In this document: positions 28,971 through 38,420 of the stretch, one piece after another
How positions within the stretch are numbered: the stretch's first letter is position 1
Layout: the number at the start of each line of letters is the position of its first letter
Notes under the pieces: model-generated
What the model saw: the letters and a program-made list of their open reading frames with translations, nothing else
Told to the model about the DNA's origin: nothing
Databases searched by the model: none
Position numbers and translations under genes: made by a program
From: a virus
Strand: one strand, 5' to 3'
Length of the DNA: 64,000 nt
IMG/VR virus record: IMGVR_UViG_3300047497_000260
Span: 3,305 to 67,304 of that record

Positions 28971-29918
28971 TTAGGCGGCCTGGCCGACAGAACGAATGAA
29001 GATCGGCAGGTTCTGCGCCGCGAACGCCTGGCTGAGCGCGTCCTTCGTCCAGCTCGCGTCGACCGTCAGCTCCTCGAAGGCGAATTCGCCGGAGAAAAAG
29101 GCAGTGCAGGCGACCGCGCCGGTAGAGGTGTCGATCGTCTCTGCGGTGATGCAGCCCGGGTTCTGCGAACCGTCGGTCGCCGTGGCGACGCTGAGCTCAT
29201 AGAGATACTGGGCGGTCAGCGTCACGGTGAACGTGTCGTTGATGGCGAAAGCCGTGCCGCCGGCGCTGATCGTGAAGCCGATCTGCTGCGCGAAGGCCGT
29301 TCCGACGACGCCCGCCCCGACCGGATTGCCGAAGGGATCGGTGACCTCGAAAGCGGTCGTCGAGGTGAAGGTGACGGTATAGGCCCCGGCCTGCGCATAG
29401 GCGAGCGCGGCGGGGCTGGCGAGGGCCAGCGTGCCGTTGCCGACATTCGAGCCGCCGGCCGACGAGGCGGCCGAATAATAGCTGTCGGCGACCGTCACGA
29501 GCAGCGTGTCGCCGGCGACCATCGCCGTGCCGCCGGCGGTCGTGGTGAACTTGATCTGGTCGGCGAAGGCCGTCCCGTTGACGCCCGTCCCGAGGTCATT
29601 GCCCTTCGGATCGTAAACGGTGAAGGCGGTCGAGGACGAGAAGACGATCTTGTAGACGCCGGGCTGAACGTTCGCGAGCGTGTTCGGCGTGCCGAAAGCC
29701 AGCGTCGCATTGCCGGTGTTGCCGGCCTGCGCGGCGTAGGAGGCCGCGCCGGGATTGGTCTTCAGCCCGAGCACCGCGCCATATTGCAGCGACGAGCCCG
29801 AGGCGTTCTGGCCCGAGGCGACGTTGATCTTGCGCGCGGCGAGCGGATAGTCGCCGGCGAAGATCGAGGTGGGATCGAGATGCGCATAGACCGCGCCGAC
29901 GGGATCGCCGTAAGCCAT
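28971..29918 (-). CDS. Head decoration protein (gpD-like) with two inserted repeat domains
   Basis: ASGQ...GAVLG and DGSQNPGCI..E...GEF; duplicated GN.GN.TL...F.V.DP.G...FT..AGGTA...D insert. Confidence 0.85.
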   Translation of the reverse strand: MAYGDPVGAVYAHLDPTSIFAGDYPLAARKINVASGQNASGSSLQYGAVLGLKTNPGAASYAAQAGNTGNATLAFGTPNTLANVQPGVYKIVFSSSTAFTVYDPKGNDLGTGVNGTAFADQIKFTTTAGGTAMVAGDTLLVTVADSYYSAASSAGGSNVGNGTLALASPAALAYAQAGAYTVTFTSTTAFEVTDPFGNPVGAGVVGTAFAQQIGFTISAGGTAFAINDTFTVTLTAQYLYELSVATATDGSQNPGCITAETIDTSTGAVACTAFFSGEFAFEELTVDASWTKDALSQAFAAQNLPIFIRSVGQAA

Positions 29919-29975
29919 GGGTTTGCTCCAAATCTAAGGGGAAAGGACGGCGTCGCCGAAGGAACGCATTGGGTC

Positions 29976-30734
29976 TTAGGCGCCGTAGGAGACGCTGCTG
30001 ATGAAGCCGGTGTTCGCGCCAGAGGAAGAGGTGACGAGCATGGTCGCCTCAATCGTCACGTGCTGGCCAGGGACGAGGCCGGTTCCGGTGATCGTGAAGA
30101 CGAGGTTGCCGCTGGCGCTCATTTGCTGGGCGGCCGAGACCGTCAGCGGCGTCTCGACGCCGCCGGCCTCGCTATTGGCGGCGACCGTCATGGTGGTGCT
30201 GGGGCCGTTGATCGTCCCGGAGCCGGTATAGCCGCAGCCGACCGTCACCGCGATATTCTGGCCGGCGACGTAGGAATCGGGCAGGTTGAATTCGAACAGC
30301 GCCTTGTCGGTCTTGGCGTTGCTCGACGTCGCTTCGCCGACGAGCTGGAGGCTCGTTCCGGCCGTGCGCGAAACGCCGACCGTCCCCGAGGGCGTGCCGG
30401 CGGACGCGGTCATCGTGACGCCGAGGTCGGATTTGGCGTTGGTCAGCGCGAGATAGCGGGTGAGGCCCCCCGCCGAGGACGGCACGAAATTACTGGCGAC
30501 GGCCAGGACCGGCCCGCTCTCGTTGGCGTCACGGAGAGTCCAGACGTAGAGCGTGCCGCCCGACACCGCATAGCTCTGCAGGAGGAGCTCGCCCTTCGCG
30601 CCGGCGGCGTAGGGAACGCCGGTCTGATCGAGGAGCGTCGATTGCGCCCGGACCGTCGCGGGGGCGAAGGCGAGCGCGAGGAGCAGCATTGCAGCGACGC
30701 AGCGCGCGCCGGCATTGGCGAAAAGCTTTCGCAT
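29976..30734 (-). CDS. Signal-peptide-bearing beta-rich protein within the head module
   Basis: MRKLF...AMLLLALAFAPATVRA/Q; AAGGA RBS. Confidence 0.7.
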   Translation of the reverse strand: MRKLFANAGARCVAAMLLLALAFAPATVRAQSTLLDQTGVPYAAGAKGELLLQSYAVSGGTLYVWTLRDANESGPVLAVASNFVPSSAGGLTRYLALTNAKSDLGVTMTASAGTPSGTVGVSRTAGTSLQLVGEATSSNAKTDKALFEFNLPDSYVAGQNIAVTVGCGYTGSGTINGPSTTMTVAANSEAGGVETPLTVSAAQQMSASGNLVFTITGTGLVPGQHVTIEATMLVTSSSGANTGFISSVSYGA

Positions 30735-30787
30735 GGCAGGGATTCCTTCGGGAGGGATTGGGAGCTTGGGCGCGAAAAAGGCGCCGA

Positions 30788-32425
30788 TCAGGCGACTTTC
30801 TTGCCGAGCACGGCGGCCATCATCGTCCTGCCGCGCTCGAACTCGCTCATCGACGCGGCGGCGCCGCCATCGGGGGAGAGATTCGGCCGCTCGACGATGG
30901 CGTCGAGCCGGTTGCCCTTCGGCGCTTCCGGCGCCGGGGCCTTGGCCGTCGCGACGAGGACCTTGACCGCGGGCCCGGGGGCGAGATCGGTCTCGAGCGC
31001 CAGCGCGAGGGCCGCCTCATGGCGCCCCTCCGCCTCGGGCGCCTTCAGGATCGCCGCGATGCGGGCGCGCTCCGCGCTCTGCCCTTCAGCCACACCGGCC
31101 GCGCGGGCCGCTTCCACTTCCACCAAAGCCATCGCGGCCTCCTTTTTCGATTTCTGGTCGATCTTGTCGATCAGCCGCCCGGCGGCGTTCTCGATGTCTT
31201 TCGCGCCTTCCTGGCCGGCGCGCTGCTTGGCGGCGATGAGGCCGCTGCGATAGACCTTGCCGTCCTTCCCGTAAGGGTATTTGAAGCGGCCCTTGGTCTT
31301 TTCGCTCTCGGCGTCGTCCTCGCCCAGATGAAACCGCGCGTAATTGGTCCAGTCGTCGCCGTTCTCACCGAGCAGCTTGTCGCCGTCCTCGGCCGAGAAG
31401 CTCCAGGACGCGGTCTCATCGACCTTTCCGGCCTCGATGAGCGCGTCGGCATGGGTTTCGCCGGCGTGGTAGAGTTTGACCGCCATTTCGACGCTCTCCT
31501 CAGATTTCGCGCGCGTGCGCGCTCGCCAGGCGGCGCGCGGCGGCTCGGTTTTCTCGACGAGCGCGGCGATCACGCCGGCAAGGTCGCCGGTCCGGTCGGC
31601 GAGGCCCGCGTCGACGCCGCTCTGGCCGACATAGACGCCGGCTTCGGTGCTGCGCGCGCCCTCGACGCCGAGGGCCGGCCGATGCGCGCCGACGCTGTCG
31701 AGGAACAGCGTGTAATATTCGTCCATCATCGCATCGATGCGGGCGGCCGCGTCCGGCTCGAGCGGCTCCATCCGATTGCCGTCGGTCTTGAACGCGCCCT
31801 TCTTGAGCAGGGTCGGCTTGACGCCGGCCTGCTTCATCGCCTCGCTGTAATCCATATGCAGCCAGACGACGCCGATCGAGCCGACGATCGCCGAGGGCGT
31901 GACCACGACTTCCGAGGCGCCGGCGGCGATCGCATAGGCCGCCGAAGCGGCGCAGGCGTTGACGAAAGCGACGATCGTCTTGGCTGAAGAGACCGAGCGG
32001 ACGACCGCGGCAGTTTCCATCGCGCCCGCGGCCTCACCGCCCGGCGAATCGACGTCGAGGATGATCGCGCGGACGGCCTCGTCCGTCTCGGCCGTCCTCA
32101 GCAGCGCGCCGAGCCGTTCATAGGACGTCAGCCCGGAATAGGCGTCGATCCACGAGCCGCGATTGACGAGCTCGCCGCGCACCGGGATGACCGCGACGCC
32201 ATCGACGATCTCGTAAGGCTTGCGCTCTTCCGTCTCGCCGGCGTCGTCGCCCCAGGCCGAGGCTTTTGGACTGGGCGGCTGAAGCGGGATGGCGCCCAGC
32301 CGGGCCGCGAGGTTGGAGGCGATCGTCGCCGCCGTGTTCTCGAGCACCAGCAAAGGCGTGTTGAACACCCGCGCGGCGATGCGCGGCAGCAGGCGGTCGC
32401 TAGCCTCGTTCTTTTTCTGCTTCAA
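30788..32425 (-). CDS. S49 family prohead protease (lambda gpC-like) with nested scaffold reading frames
   Basis: DSPGGE, ASAAY, VGSIGV motifs; C-terminal ERARIAAIL..PEA.GR. Confidence 0.92.
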   Translation of the reverse strand: MKQKKNEASDRLLPRIAARVFNTPLLVLENTAATIASNLAARLGAIPLQPPSPKASAWGDDAGETEERKPYEIVDGVAVIPVRGELVNRGSWIDAYSGLTSYERLGALLRTAETDEAVRAIILDVDSPGGEAAGAMETAAVVRSVSSAKTIVAFVNACAASAAYAIAAGASEVVVTPSAIVGSIGVVWLHMDYSEAMKQAGVKPTLLKKGAFKTDGNRMEPLEPDAAARIDAMMDEYYTLFLDSVGAHRPALGVEGARSTEAGVYVGQSGVDAGLADRTGDLAGVIAALVEKTEPPRAAWRARTRAKSEESVEMAVKLYHAGETHADALIEAGKVDETASWSFSAEDGDKLLGENGDDWTNYARFHLGEDDAESEKTKGRFKYPYGKDGKVYRSGLIAAKQRAGQEGAKDIENAAGRLIDKIDQKSKKEAAMALVEVEAARAAGVAEGQSAERARIAAILKAPEAEGRHEAALALALETDLAPGPAVKVLVATAKAPAPEAPKGNRLDAIVERPNLSPDGGAAASMSEFERGRTMMAAVLGKKVA

Positions 32426-32461
32426 CGGGATGCGCCTTTTCTTTGCAACCAGCGGCGCCTG

Positions 32462-32755
32462 TCACCGCTCTTCCCGCCACCACAGGCGCATGCGCAGCTC
32501 GCGGGCGTCCTGAAGGGGGCCCTGGTTGAATTCGCCGTGGACTTCCTCTGCAGAAATGCTTTTCAGCGCCCGATCGAGCTCCGCCTCCGCGCCCGGAAGA
32601 TCGCGGGCGTAGAAAGGCGAAATCGTGAAAGTCTCTTTGCCGGTGTGCGGTTTTGCGGCGGCGTCGAGGGCGTCGCGCAAGGCGCGCCATCGCCCCTGTA
32701 AAGCGGCGGAAACCGGGATGATTTTTTCGCACGTCTTATGCGCGGTCGACGTCAT
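32462..32755 (-). CDS. Hypothetical protein
   Basis: ORF between portal and protease. Confidence 0.45.
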   Translation of the reverse strand: MTSTAHKTCEKIIPVSAALQGRWRALRDALDAAAKPHTGKETFTISPFYARDLPGAEAELDRALKSISAEEVHGEFNQGPLQDARELRMRLWWREER

Positions 32756-32770
32756 CGATCGAGAACCCCC

Positions 32771-32814
32771 ATGTCGCTTTTTTCGACCGCGTTTGATGTC
32801 GAAAAAAGCGACAT
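32771..32814. repeat. Perfect 17-bp inverted repeat with 10-nt spacer
   Basis: ATGTCGCTTTTTTCGAC-cgcgtttgat-GTCGAAAAAAGCGACAT. Confidence 0.95.
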
Positions 32815-34502
32815 TACGCCGCCAGCGCCTGCGTATCCGCGCCGGTCTTTTCCTCGGCCTCCCGGCTGTCGGGCTTGGGTCCGCGCGAGGACTGCACGGC
32901 GGCGACGAGCGACATCCGGGTCAGGCCGCGCTCCTGCAGCTCGGCGTTCTCGACCTGGATCTGATCGAGGATGTCGAGATAGTCGTGGCCGTTGGCGGCG
33001 CATTCGATCTCGAGCGTCGAGGTGAGGTTCTCCATCCGCATCGCGGCGGCCTCGGCCTCTTTCAGCGGATCGACGACGCCCCTGCCCGGCCCGATCCATG
33101 TCGCCTGCAGATAGGCGCCGGGCGCTTCCCAGAAATCAGGCGCGCCCTTCGGCGCCTTGAGGTAGCCCTTGTCGAACGCCTCCTCCATTTGCGCATAATG
33201 GATCGGCGTCACCACCTGCTCGACGAAGGCCTGCTGCATGCGCTGCGTCGAGCGCCAGACCTCGTTGAGCGCCGCCCTGGCGCTCGAATAATTCACCCGG
33301 CTCCAGTCCATCGTCAGCTGCTCGTAGGAGATGTTGAGCGAGGCGGCGATGGAATGCAGGAAGGCGGTCTGGAACGCCGGAAACGCCGTCGTCTGGCGCG
33401 GCGAATTGTTCATCGAAATCTTGCTGCCCGGCAACATGACGGGCAGGCGCACGCCGCCGAGCCTGGCGGGGAATTTCTCATACCAGCCGAGCAGGAAATT
33501 CGACCAGCTCCGGCGGTCGTGGATGTCCTTCTGCGGCGTCAGCCGCTGCTGGATGTCCTCGACGGGCAAATCGCTCTCGATGAAAGCGGCGAAGAGCGCG
33601 TTGGCGGCGGCGGCGGCGAGCTCGTTGTCAGCGAATTTGCCGATCATGCGCAGCCGGTTGATCAGCGAGATGAACGGCGAGACCGCCTTGGTCAGGCCCT
33701 CGCGGTCCGGCTCGAAGCCGTGAATGAAAACCGGGCGTCCCCAGGACGAGGAGCGCGGCACATATTTCCAGGTCCAGGCCGCGCCATAGGCCCACCAGTC
33801 GCCTGCGTGGGCGTTGCGGACGTGGTAGCCGACCGGCGTTCCCTTGTCGTCCATCTGGACGCCGCCGCGCATTTTCAGCGTGTCGATCTGTCCATAGGGA
33901 TTGCAGACCCGGTCGGGATCGATCGCCATCACGCAAGTCGCGTAACGCTGATCGCCCGGACGCCATTCGATCGTCGCCGTAGCCTCGCCGCAGATGAACC
34001 ACGAGCGGGCGAACAGGCGGAACAGCCCGTTCATCGAAAGGCGCCGTTGCGCGTCGCAGGTGCGGCGCGGCTCCTCGGCGAACTGTCGCCATTCCGACTG
34101 GATCGCGCGGGCGAGCTTGCGCAGCTCCTTTGGATCATCGATCCCGAGAACCGCGCCATCCGGCTTGGCCGAAAGCCGCAGCTTCGCGCCCACCAGCATG
34201 TCGATCAGCCGCTCGACGGCCGAATGAGCGGTCGGGTCGTTGCGGACGACGTCGCGGATGCGCGCGACCGAAAGATCGCGCGTCGGCAGCATCGCGCCGT
34301 CGGCGGAGCCCATGGTCGGGTTCCATTCGACGGTGTCTTGCGAATCATGCGCCGCGGCGCGATAGGCCGATTCGAAGACCGGACGCGACCGTTCCGGCCC
34401 GTCGATCGGCCCGGCAGACGGCCCGGCGACGCCGAGCCAGCCGCCAAGCGCCGCGCCGGCGGCCGACCACAATCCGGAGAGGAACGAGGACGGCGCGGCC
34501 AT
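32814..34502 (-). CDS. Portal protein, lambda family
   Basis: RIRDVVRND, SYEQLTMDWSRVNYSSARAAL, VDPLKE motifs. Confidence 0.95.
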   Translation of the reverse strand: MAAPSSFLSGLWSAAGAALGGWLGVAGPSAGPIDGPERSRPVFESAYRAAAHDSQDTVEWNPTMGSADGAMLPTRDLSVARIRDVVRNDPTAHSAVERLIDMLVGAKLRLSAKPDGAVLGIDDPKELRKLARAIQSEWRQFAEEPRRTCDAQRRLSMNGLFRLFARSWFICGEATATIEWRPGDQRYATCVMAIDPDRVCNPYGQIDTLKMRGGVQMDDKGTPVGYHVRNAHAGDWWAYGAAWTWKYVPRSSSWGRPVFIHGFEPDREGLTKAVSPFISLINRLRMIGKFADNELAAAAANALFAAFIESDLPVEDIQQRLTPQKDIHDRRSWSNFLLGWYEKFPARLGGVRLPVMLPGSKISMNNSPRQTTAFPAFQTAFLHSIAASLNISYEQLTMDWSRVNYSSARAALNEVWRSTQRMQQAFVEQVVTPIHYAQMEEAFDKGYLKAPKGAPDFWEAPGAYLQATWIGPGRGVVDPLKEAEAAAMRMENLTSTLEIECAANGHDYLDILDQIQVENAELQERGLTRMSLVAAVQSSRGPKPDSREAEEKTGADTQALAA

Positions 34503-34723
34503 CAGAACGTCACGCCGATCGCGCCGATGATCCGCTGCCCATCGATCAGGGCCTCGAGCCGCGCGATATAGGCCATCAATTTGTCGGCGTCGGCCCTCTG
34601 GAAGCGCGTCAGATAGCCGTCGACCATCACCTCGACCGCCGCGCCGCCGGTCAGCAGCGCGTGGAGCTTCTGGCGGGCGTCGACGAGCAGCGCCTGCAGA
34701 GCCTGCCGCTCAAGAGAGGTCAT
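34502..34723 (-). CDS. gpW-like head-tail joining protein
   Basis: HALLTGG...L.AYIARLEA; between terminase and portal. Confidence 0.85.
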   Translation of the reverse strand: MTSLERQALQALLVDARQKLHALLTGGAAVEVMVDGYLTRFQRADADKLMAYIARLEALIDGQRIIGAIGVTF

Positions 34724-36855
34724 TGCCAGCGCTCCGCGTTCAATTTGCCGAGCCGCTCGAGCTGGGCTTCGAGAGAATCCTCGTCGTCCGCAGGACCGCC
34801 GGGCGTTTCCGGCGCGGTTGGCGAAATTTTCGCGCCCTCATTCGCGGCCGGAGAAATTTCATCGTCGAGGGGCGGCGGCTCGAGTGGCGCGCCATGCGCC
34901 CTTTGCGCCCATTCCCGCCATCCGAACGCGTCGAGCTGCCCCGCGCCTTCGCCCCAGGCGAGCGCCCGCGCGCCGACGACAATGTCGAGCGCCTCGTTGG
35001 CGACGCCGGACGGCCGGAACCATTCTTTGTGAGCGCTCGGCCGCACGAGGCGCCCCTTCTTTCGAACGCCCGGCGCGATATCGCGGGGATCGGCGAGCGT
35101 TTCGGCGGTGATCTGCTTCAATTCGTCTTCGCCGACCCAGTCCGGCAGGTGCAGCGTCGAGGGCATATAGGCCCCGCTCGCGTCGGGCCCTGCGACCAGG
35201 CTGCGCAGGCCCTCATAGACCGAACTTTTCAGGTCATAGGCGCCGACCCAGCCAAGATCGATGCGCCGTCCGGCGATCGCGCGGCCGTCCGGGCCGCGAA
35301 GGTCGGCGCGGGTTTTCTTGAAGGGCGCGGCGTTCGGACGATTGTCGCCTTTCGTTGCGAGAATCGCCGCGCGCTTGCTGAGCTTGTCGTAAAGCGCCTG
35401 CGTATAGGCGCCGGTGTCCATTCCCCATTGCAGAACGTCGATTTGCCGGCCGGTTTCGGTCGGCCAGCGCCGCGCGACGAGCGCGTCGATCGCCGCCCAG
35501 GCGTTCGGATCCTCGCAGCCGCCTGAAATGACGTTGCGGTCGACGAGCCAGCCCTGAAATCCCTCGCCCCAGGCCCAGAGGCCCCACTCGAAGCGGTTGC
35601 CCTGCACGTCGATGAAGCCGGTGAGCACGCAGGCTCGGCCGGGAACGACGCCGCGCGCCCAGGAGCCGCGTTTGGCGTAGAGCTTCTCCCAGTCCGGCTT
35701 GTCGGTTTTCTGTTCATAGGCCTCGCCAAGGTCCTGCTGGGCGAAAACCTTGTATTTGACCGGATCGCCGCGGGCGTCCTCGCCGCGCCGCCAGATGTCG
35801 GTCCAGGATTCCATCGGCGAATAGGCCGACCACAGCGCGTAGCCTGGCTGCCGGACCGCAACGCGCCCCGTGCAGGGCGCGATCGCGTAGGAATCGACCT
35901 CCGAGTGGCTCAGAATCGCCGGGACCGGCTTTTCGCCTTCCGCGACCCATGTCGGGATCCACCGGCCGGCCGCCAGCATGCCCTCGCGCTGGCTCTGATC
36001 GATGATCTGGCCGCAGCTTGGACAGCCGAAAGTGACGCGCCAGGCGGTCATTTCGCTCGGCGGCAGCATCGCCTCATATTTGAGGACGTGAAAAGCGCCG
36101 CAGCCGGGACAAGGCACGTAGTAGCGGCGCCTGTCGGAGGCTTCATAGAGCTCTGAAATCTCGCATTCGCCGGCCGTTCCCGGCGTCGAGATGGCGAGCT
36201 CCTTGCCGAGATCGCCGAACGTCTTCTGACGCGCTCTCGCCTGGGCGGCGGGCGAGCCGCGGCCGTCGACATCGCGCAGATAGCCGCTGAGCTCGTCGAA
36301 AATGAGCCAGCGGATCGAGACCATCTGCAGCCCTTTCGAGCTGCTCGCGGAGACGATCTGGGCGAATCCGCCGGCGAAGGCCTTGAACGCCTTGGTCGAG
36401 GAGGACTTGTCGCGGGATTTGGCCGGCTTGACCCGCGCCGCGATGCGCGGCGAGGCGTCGATCGTCGGCTGAAGCTTGACCCTGTTGTATTTGCTGGCTT
36501 CGCCGCCCGTCGGCAGCACGATCATCGTCGGACCCGGCGCCCTGTCGACGATGAAGCAGAACCAGTTGACGCCGATTTCCGATTTGCCGGTCTGCGCCGA
36601 AAACTTAAGCGGAATGCGCCGCGCCGGATGGTCCGGATGCAGGCAGTCCGTCGGCTCGCGCACGTAAGGCACGCGGCTTGTCCGCCACGGCCCGGGAAAC
36701 GGCGAGCCGGAATCGGGGGAAATGACGCGGTGACGGTCGGCGAATTCCGAGACGGACAGATCCGCCTCAACCTCAGCCGCTCGAAGGAAGGCGTCGAATA
36801 GGACGGCGCGGCCCGAAGGGAGATTGGGCAGCTCCTCGCGCAATCGGTCGGACAA
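34720..36855 (-). CDS. Terminase large subunit, GpA family
   Basis: SAQTGKSE Walker A, IFDE Walker B, ISTP, CPGC..CPSC, NEALD. Confidence 0.96.
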   Translation of the reverse strand: MSDRLREELPNLPSGRAVLFDAFLRAAEVEADLSVSEFADRHRVISPDSGSPFPGPWRTSRVPYVREPTDCLHPDHPARRIPLKFSAQTGKSEIGVNWFCFIVDRAPGPTMIVLPTGGEASKYNRVKLQPTIDASPRIAARVKPAKSRDKSSSTKAFKAFAGGFAQIVSASSSKGLQMVSIRWLIFDELSGYLRDVDGRGSPAAQARARQKTFGDLGKELAISTPGTAGECEISELYEASDRRRYYVPCPGCGAFHVLKYEAMLPPSEMTAWRVTFGCPSCGQIIDQSQREGMLAAGRWIPTWVAEGEKPVPAILSHSEVDSYAIAPCTGRVAVRQPGYALWSAYSPMESWTDIWRRGEDARGDPVKYKVFAQQDLGEAYEQKTDKPDWEKLYAKRGSWARGVVPGRACVLTGFIDVQGNRFEWGLWAWGEGFQGWLVDRNVISGGCEDPNAWAAIDALVARRWPTETGRQIDVLQWGMDTGAYTQALYDKLSKRAAILATKGDNRPNAAPFKKTRADLRGPDGRAIAGRRIDLGWVGAYDLKSSVYEGLRSLVAGPDASGAYMPSTLHLPDWVGEDELKQITAETLADPRDIAPGVRKKGRLVRPSAHKEWFRPSGVANEALDIVVGARALAWGEGAGQLDAFGWREWAQRAHGAPLEPPPLDDEISPAANEGAKISPTAPETPGGPADDEDSLEAQLERLGKLNAERWQ

Positions 36856-36858
36856 GGT

Positions 36859-37431
36859 CTATTCCGCCGGCGCCACTTCCCCGTTGGCGAGACCGCGCTC
36901 GGCGAGGGCGCGCGCAAACGCCTCGAGCGCCTTTGTCTCGAAATTCCTGAGATGGGGGCGCACGACATGCGCCTCGACGCCGATTGCGCGGGCAAGCGCG
37001 GAAGCCGTATCCGTCAAGGCGAGCGCGAGCGCGCTTTTGAGGGCGGATACTGCGGCCATCGCCGCTTCCTCGACCTCGCGGCGCGGGGTGAGCTCGCCCG
37101 TCACCTTGGCGAGCGCGACTTCGCGCATCAGCCGCTGGGCGCGGATATTCAGCGCCGCTTCTTCGGCCCGGCCGCGCGAACCCTCGGCGTTGGGTCGATT
37201 CGCCGCGAACGGCGCGTTTTCCGTCGAAGCCGTCGCGGCGCCGTGAAGGTTCTGCGCCCGATGGGCGGAAAGCTTTTCGAAGTCGACGAGCGTCTGGCCG
37301 TCGACGCGCTCGGGCTGCAGGGCGTCCGAATATTTGGCGACGTAGCGGGAGAGCGCCGACTGGGAAACCTTATCGCCGCTGGCGTCGAGCAGCGCGAGCG
37401 CCTTTTTTAGCGAAACCCGGCCGACCACCAT
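36859..37431 (-). CDS. Terminase small subunit-like protein
   Basis: N-terminal HTH-like segment, GEL.PR.EVE motif, upstream of the large subunit. Confidence 0.7.
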   Translation of the reverse strand: MVVGRVSLKKALALLDASGDKVSQSALSRYVAKYSDALQPERVDGQTLVDFEKLSAHRAQNLHGAATASTENAPFAANRPNAEGSRGRAEEAALNIRAQRLMREVALAKVTGELTPRREVEEAAMAAVSALKSALALALTDTASALARAIGVEAHVVRPHLRNFETKALEAFARALAERGLANGEVAPAE

Positions 37432-37447
37432 CGCGATTTCAAGGGAC

Positions 37448-37553
37448 CATATGCATGCATAGCCATGCATATGCACGCTTTTTCAAATGGATCGACTGCG
37501 CAATATCCGCACTGCGCGCGCAGCGCGGCGCGCCGGACCGGGGGGAAGGACCC
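37448..37553 (-). other. Putative cos packaging site (cosQ 37547-37553, cosN 37507-37528, ATGCAT-rich cosB-like region)
   Basis: Minus strand GGGTCCT, 23 nt, then CTGCGCGCGCAG in a 22-bp dyad, immediately upstream of terS as in lambda. Confidence 0.7.
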
Positions 37554-37608
37554 ACGAAATGAAAGCGTGAAATCAATTCACAACGTAGCAACGTGGACCC
37601 CCTGCACT

Positions 37609-38145
37609 CTACTTGAGCGCTCCTGTCACCATAGCGATGACCCGCGGCGGCACAAGCTCGGCCGCGGCCGAATAGAACAACGAGGTTATCTCCCCCGCGC
37701 CAAGCTCCTTAGGCAATGCAGGCCCGTATAGCTTGCGGATCGGGACGCGCGAGGAAGACGTTCGGGCGCGCAACTTGCCGGTGAACTTCTCTCGGAACGA
37801 TCGCTTGAACAGATGGTCGACGCCCCATGTTTTGGCATCGACCCCCCCGCCCTGTCCTTTCACCACAGTGAGCGGGAATTCCTCAATTGGAATCCCCTTG
37901 CCGGTCGCGATGATCTGATACGTAAGGGACGCCTCGTAAGCGCGCGTCGTCCTCATCCTCGAGGTGATCGACTTATACGCCTTGACGTTCGTCCGTTCCT
38001 TCAGCGCGCGCTGCACCGAAGTGCGCACGCGCTCGCCGCCCTGGTTGAGGCCTCTGGCGATCGCCTTCGGAAGTCTCGCCTGTATCTTGGCGAAGTCGCG
38101 CCCGAGCCGGCTGATGTCGGAGCCGTCGATCCTGACGACGAACAT
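37609..38145 (-). CDS. Minor tail protein Z-like neck/tail completion protein
   Basis: AIARGLN...R.PI.KLYGPALP motif. Confidence 0.65.
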   Translation of the reverse strand: MFVVRIDGSDISRLGRDFAKIQARLPKAIARGLNQGGERVRTSVQRALKERTNVKAYKSITSRMRTTRAYEASLTYQIIATGKGIPIEEFPLTVVKGQGGGVDAKTWGVDHLFKRSFREKFTGKLRARTSSSRVPIRKLYGPALPKELGAGEITSLFYSAAAELVPPRVIAMVTGALK

Positions 38146-38318
38146 CAGCGTTTCAGTCTGAGGCGCGAGGCGTTCAACGCGGCGCGGCGCAAATCGCGCG
38201 CCGCCGATTCCGCGAGGACCTTCACTTCCTGGACGGCGTCGCGAAGCTCGCCGGCGGCCAAGGCGCGCCCTGCCGCGACGATCGCCTCCCGCCGCTCTGA
38301 GCAGCCGCCGCAGGCCAT
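38145..38318 (-). CDS. Small protein with N-terminal CxxC
   Basis: MACGGCSERRE; AAGGAAG RBS; TGATG coupling. Confidence 0.55.
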   Translation of the reverse strand: MACGGCSERREAIVAAGRALAAGELRDAVQEVKVLAESAARDLRRAALNASRLRLKR

Positions 38319-38420
38319 TATAAACTTCCTTTGCGTGCTTGGTGCCGCCCTATCCTTTCGGAAGTCGCCTCTCACCGCAGGCAGTCCCTCTGAGGCGGGT
38401 TTCGGGCGGCGAATTTTCCC

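Noticed and set aside
245-35526. Many long plus-strand ORFs (e.g. 9129-12293, 14105-16993, 28917-31253)
   Set aside because: Arg/Gly-rich shadow frames opposite clear minus-strand phage genes, expected at high GC
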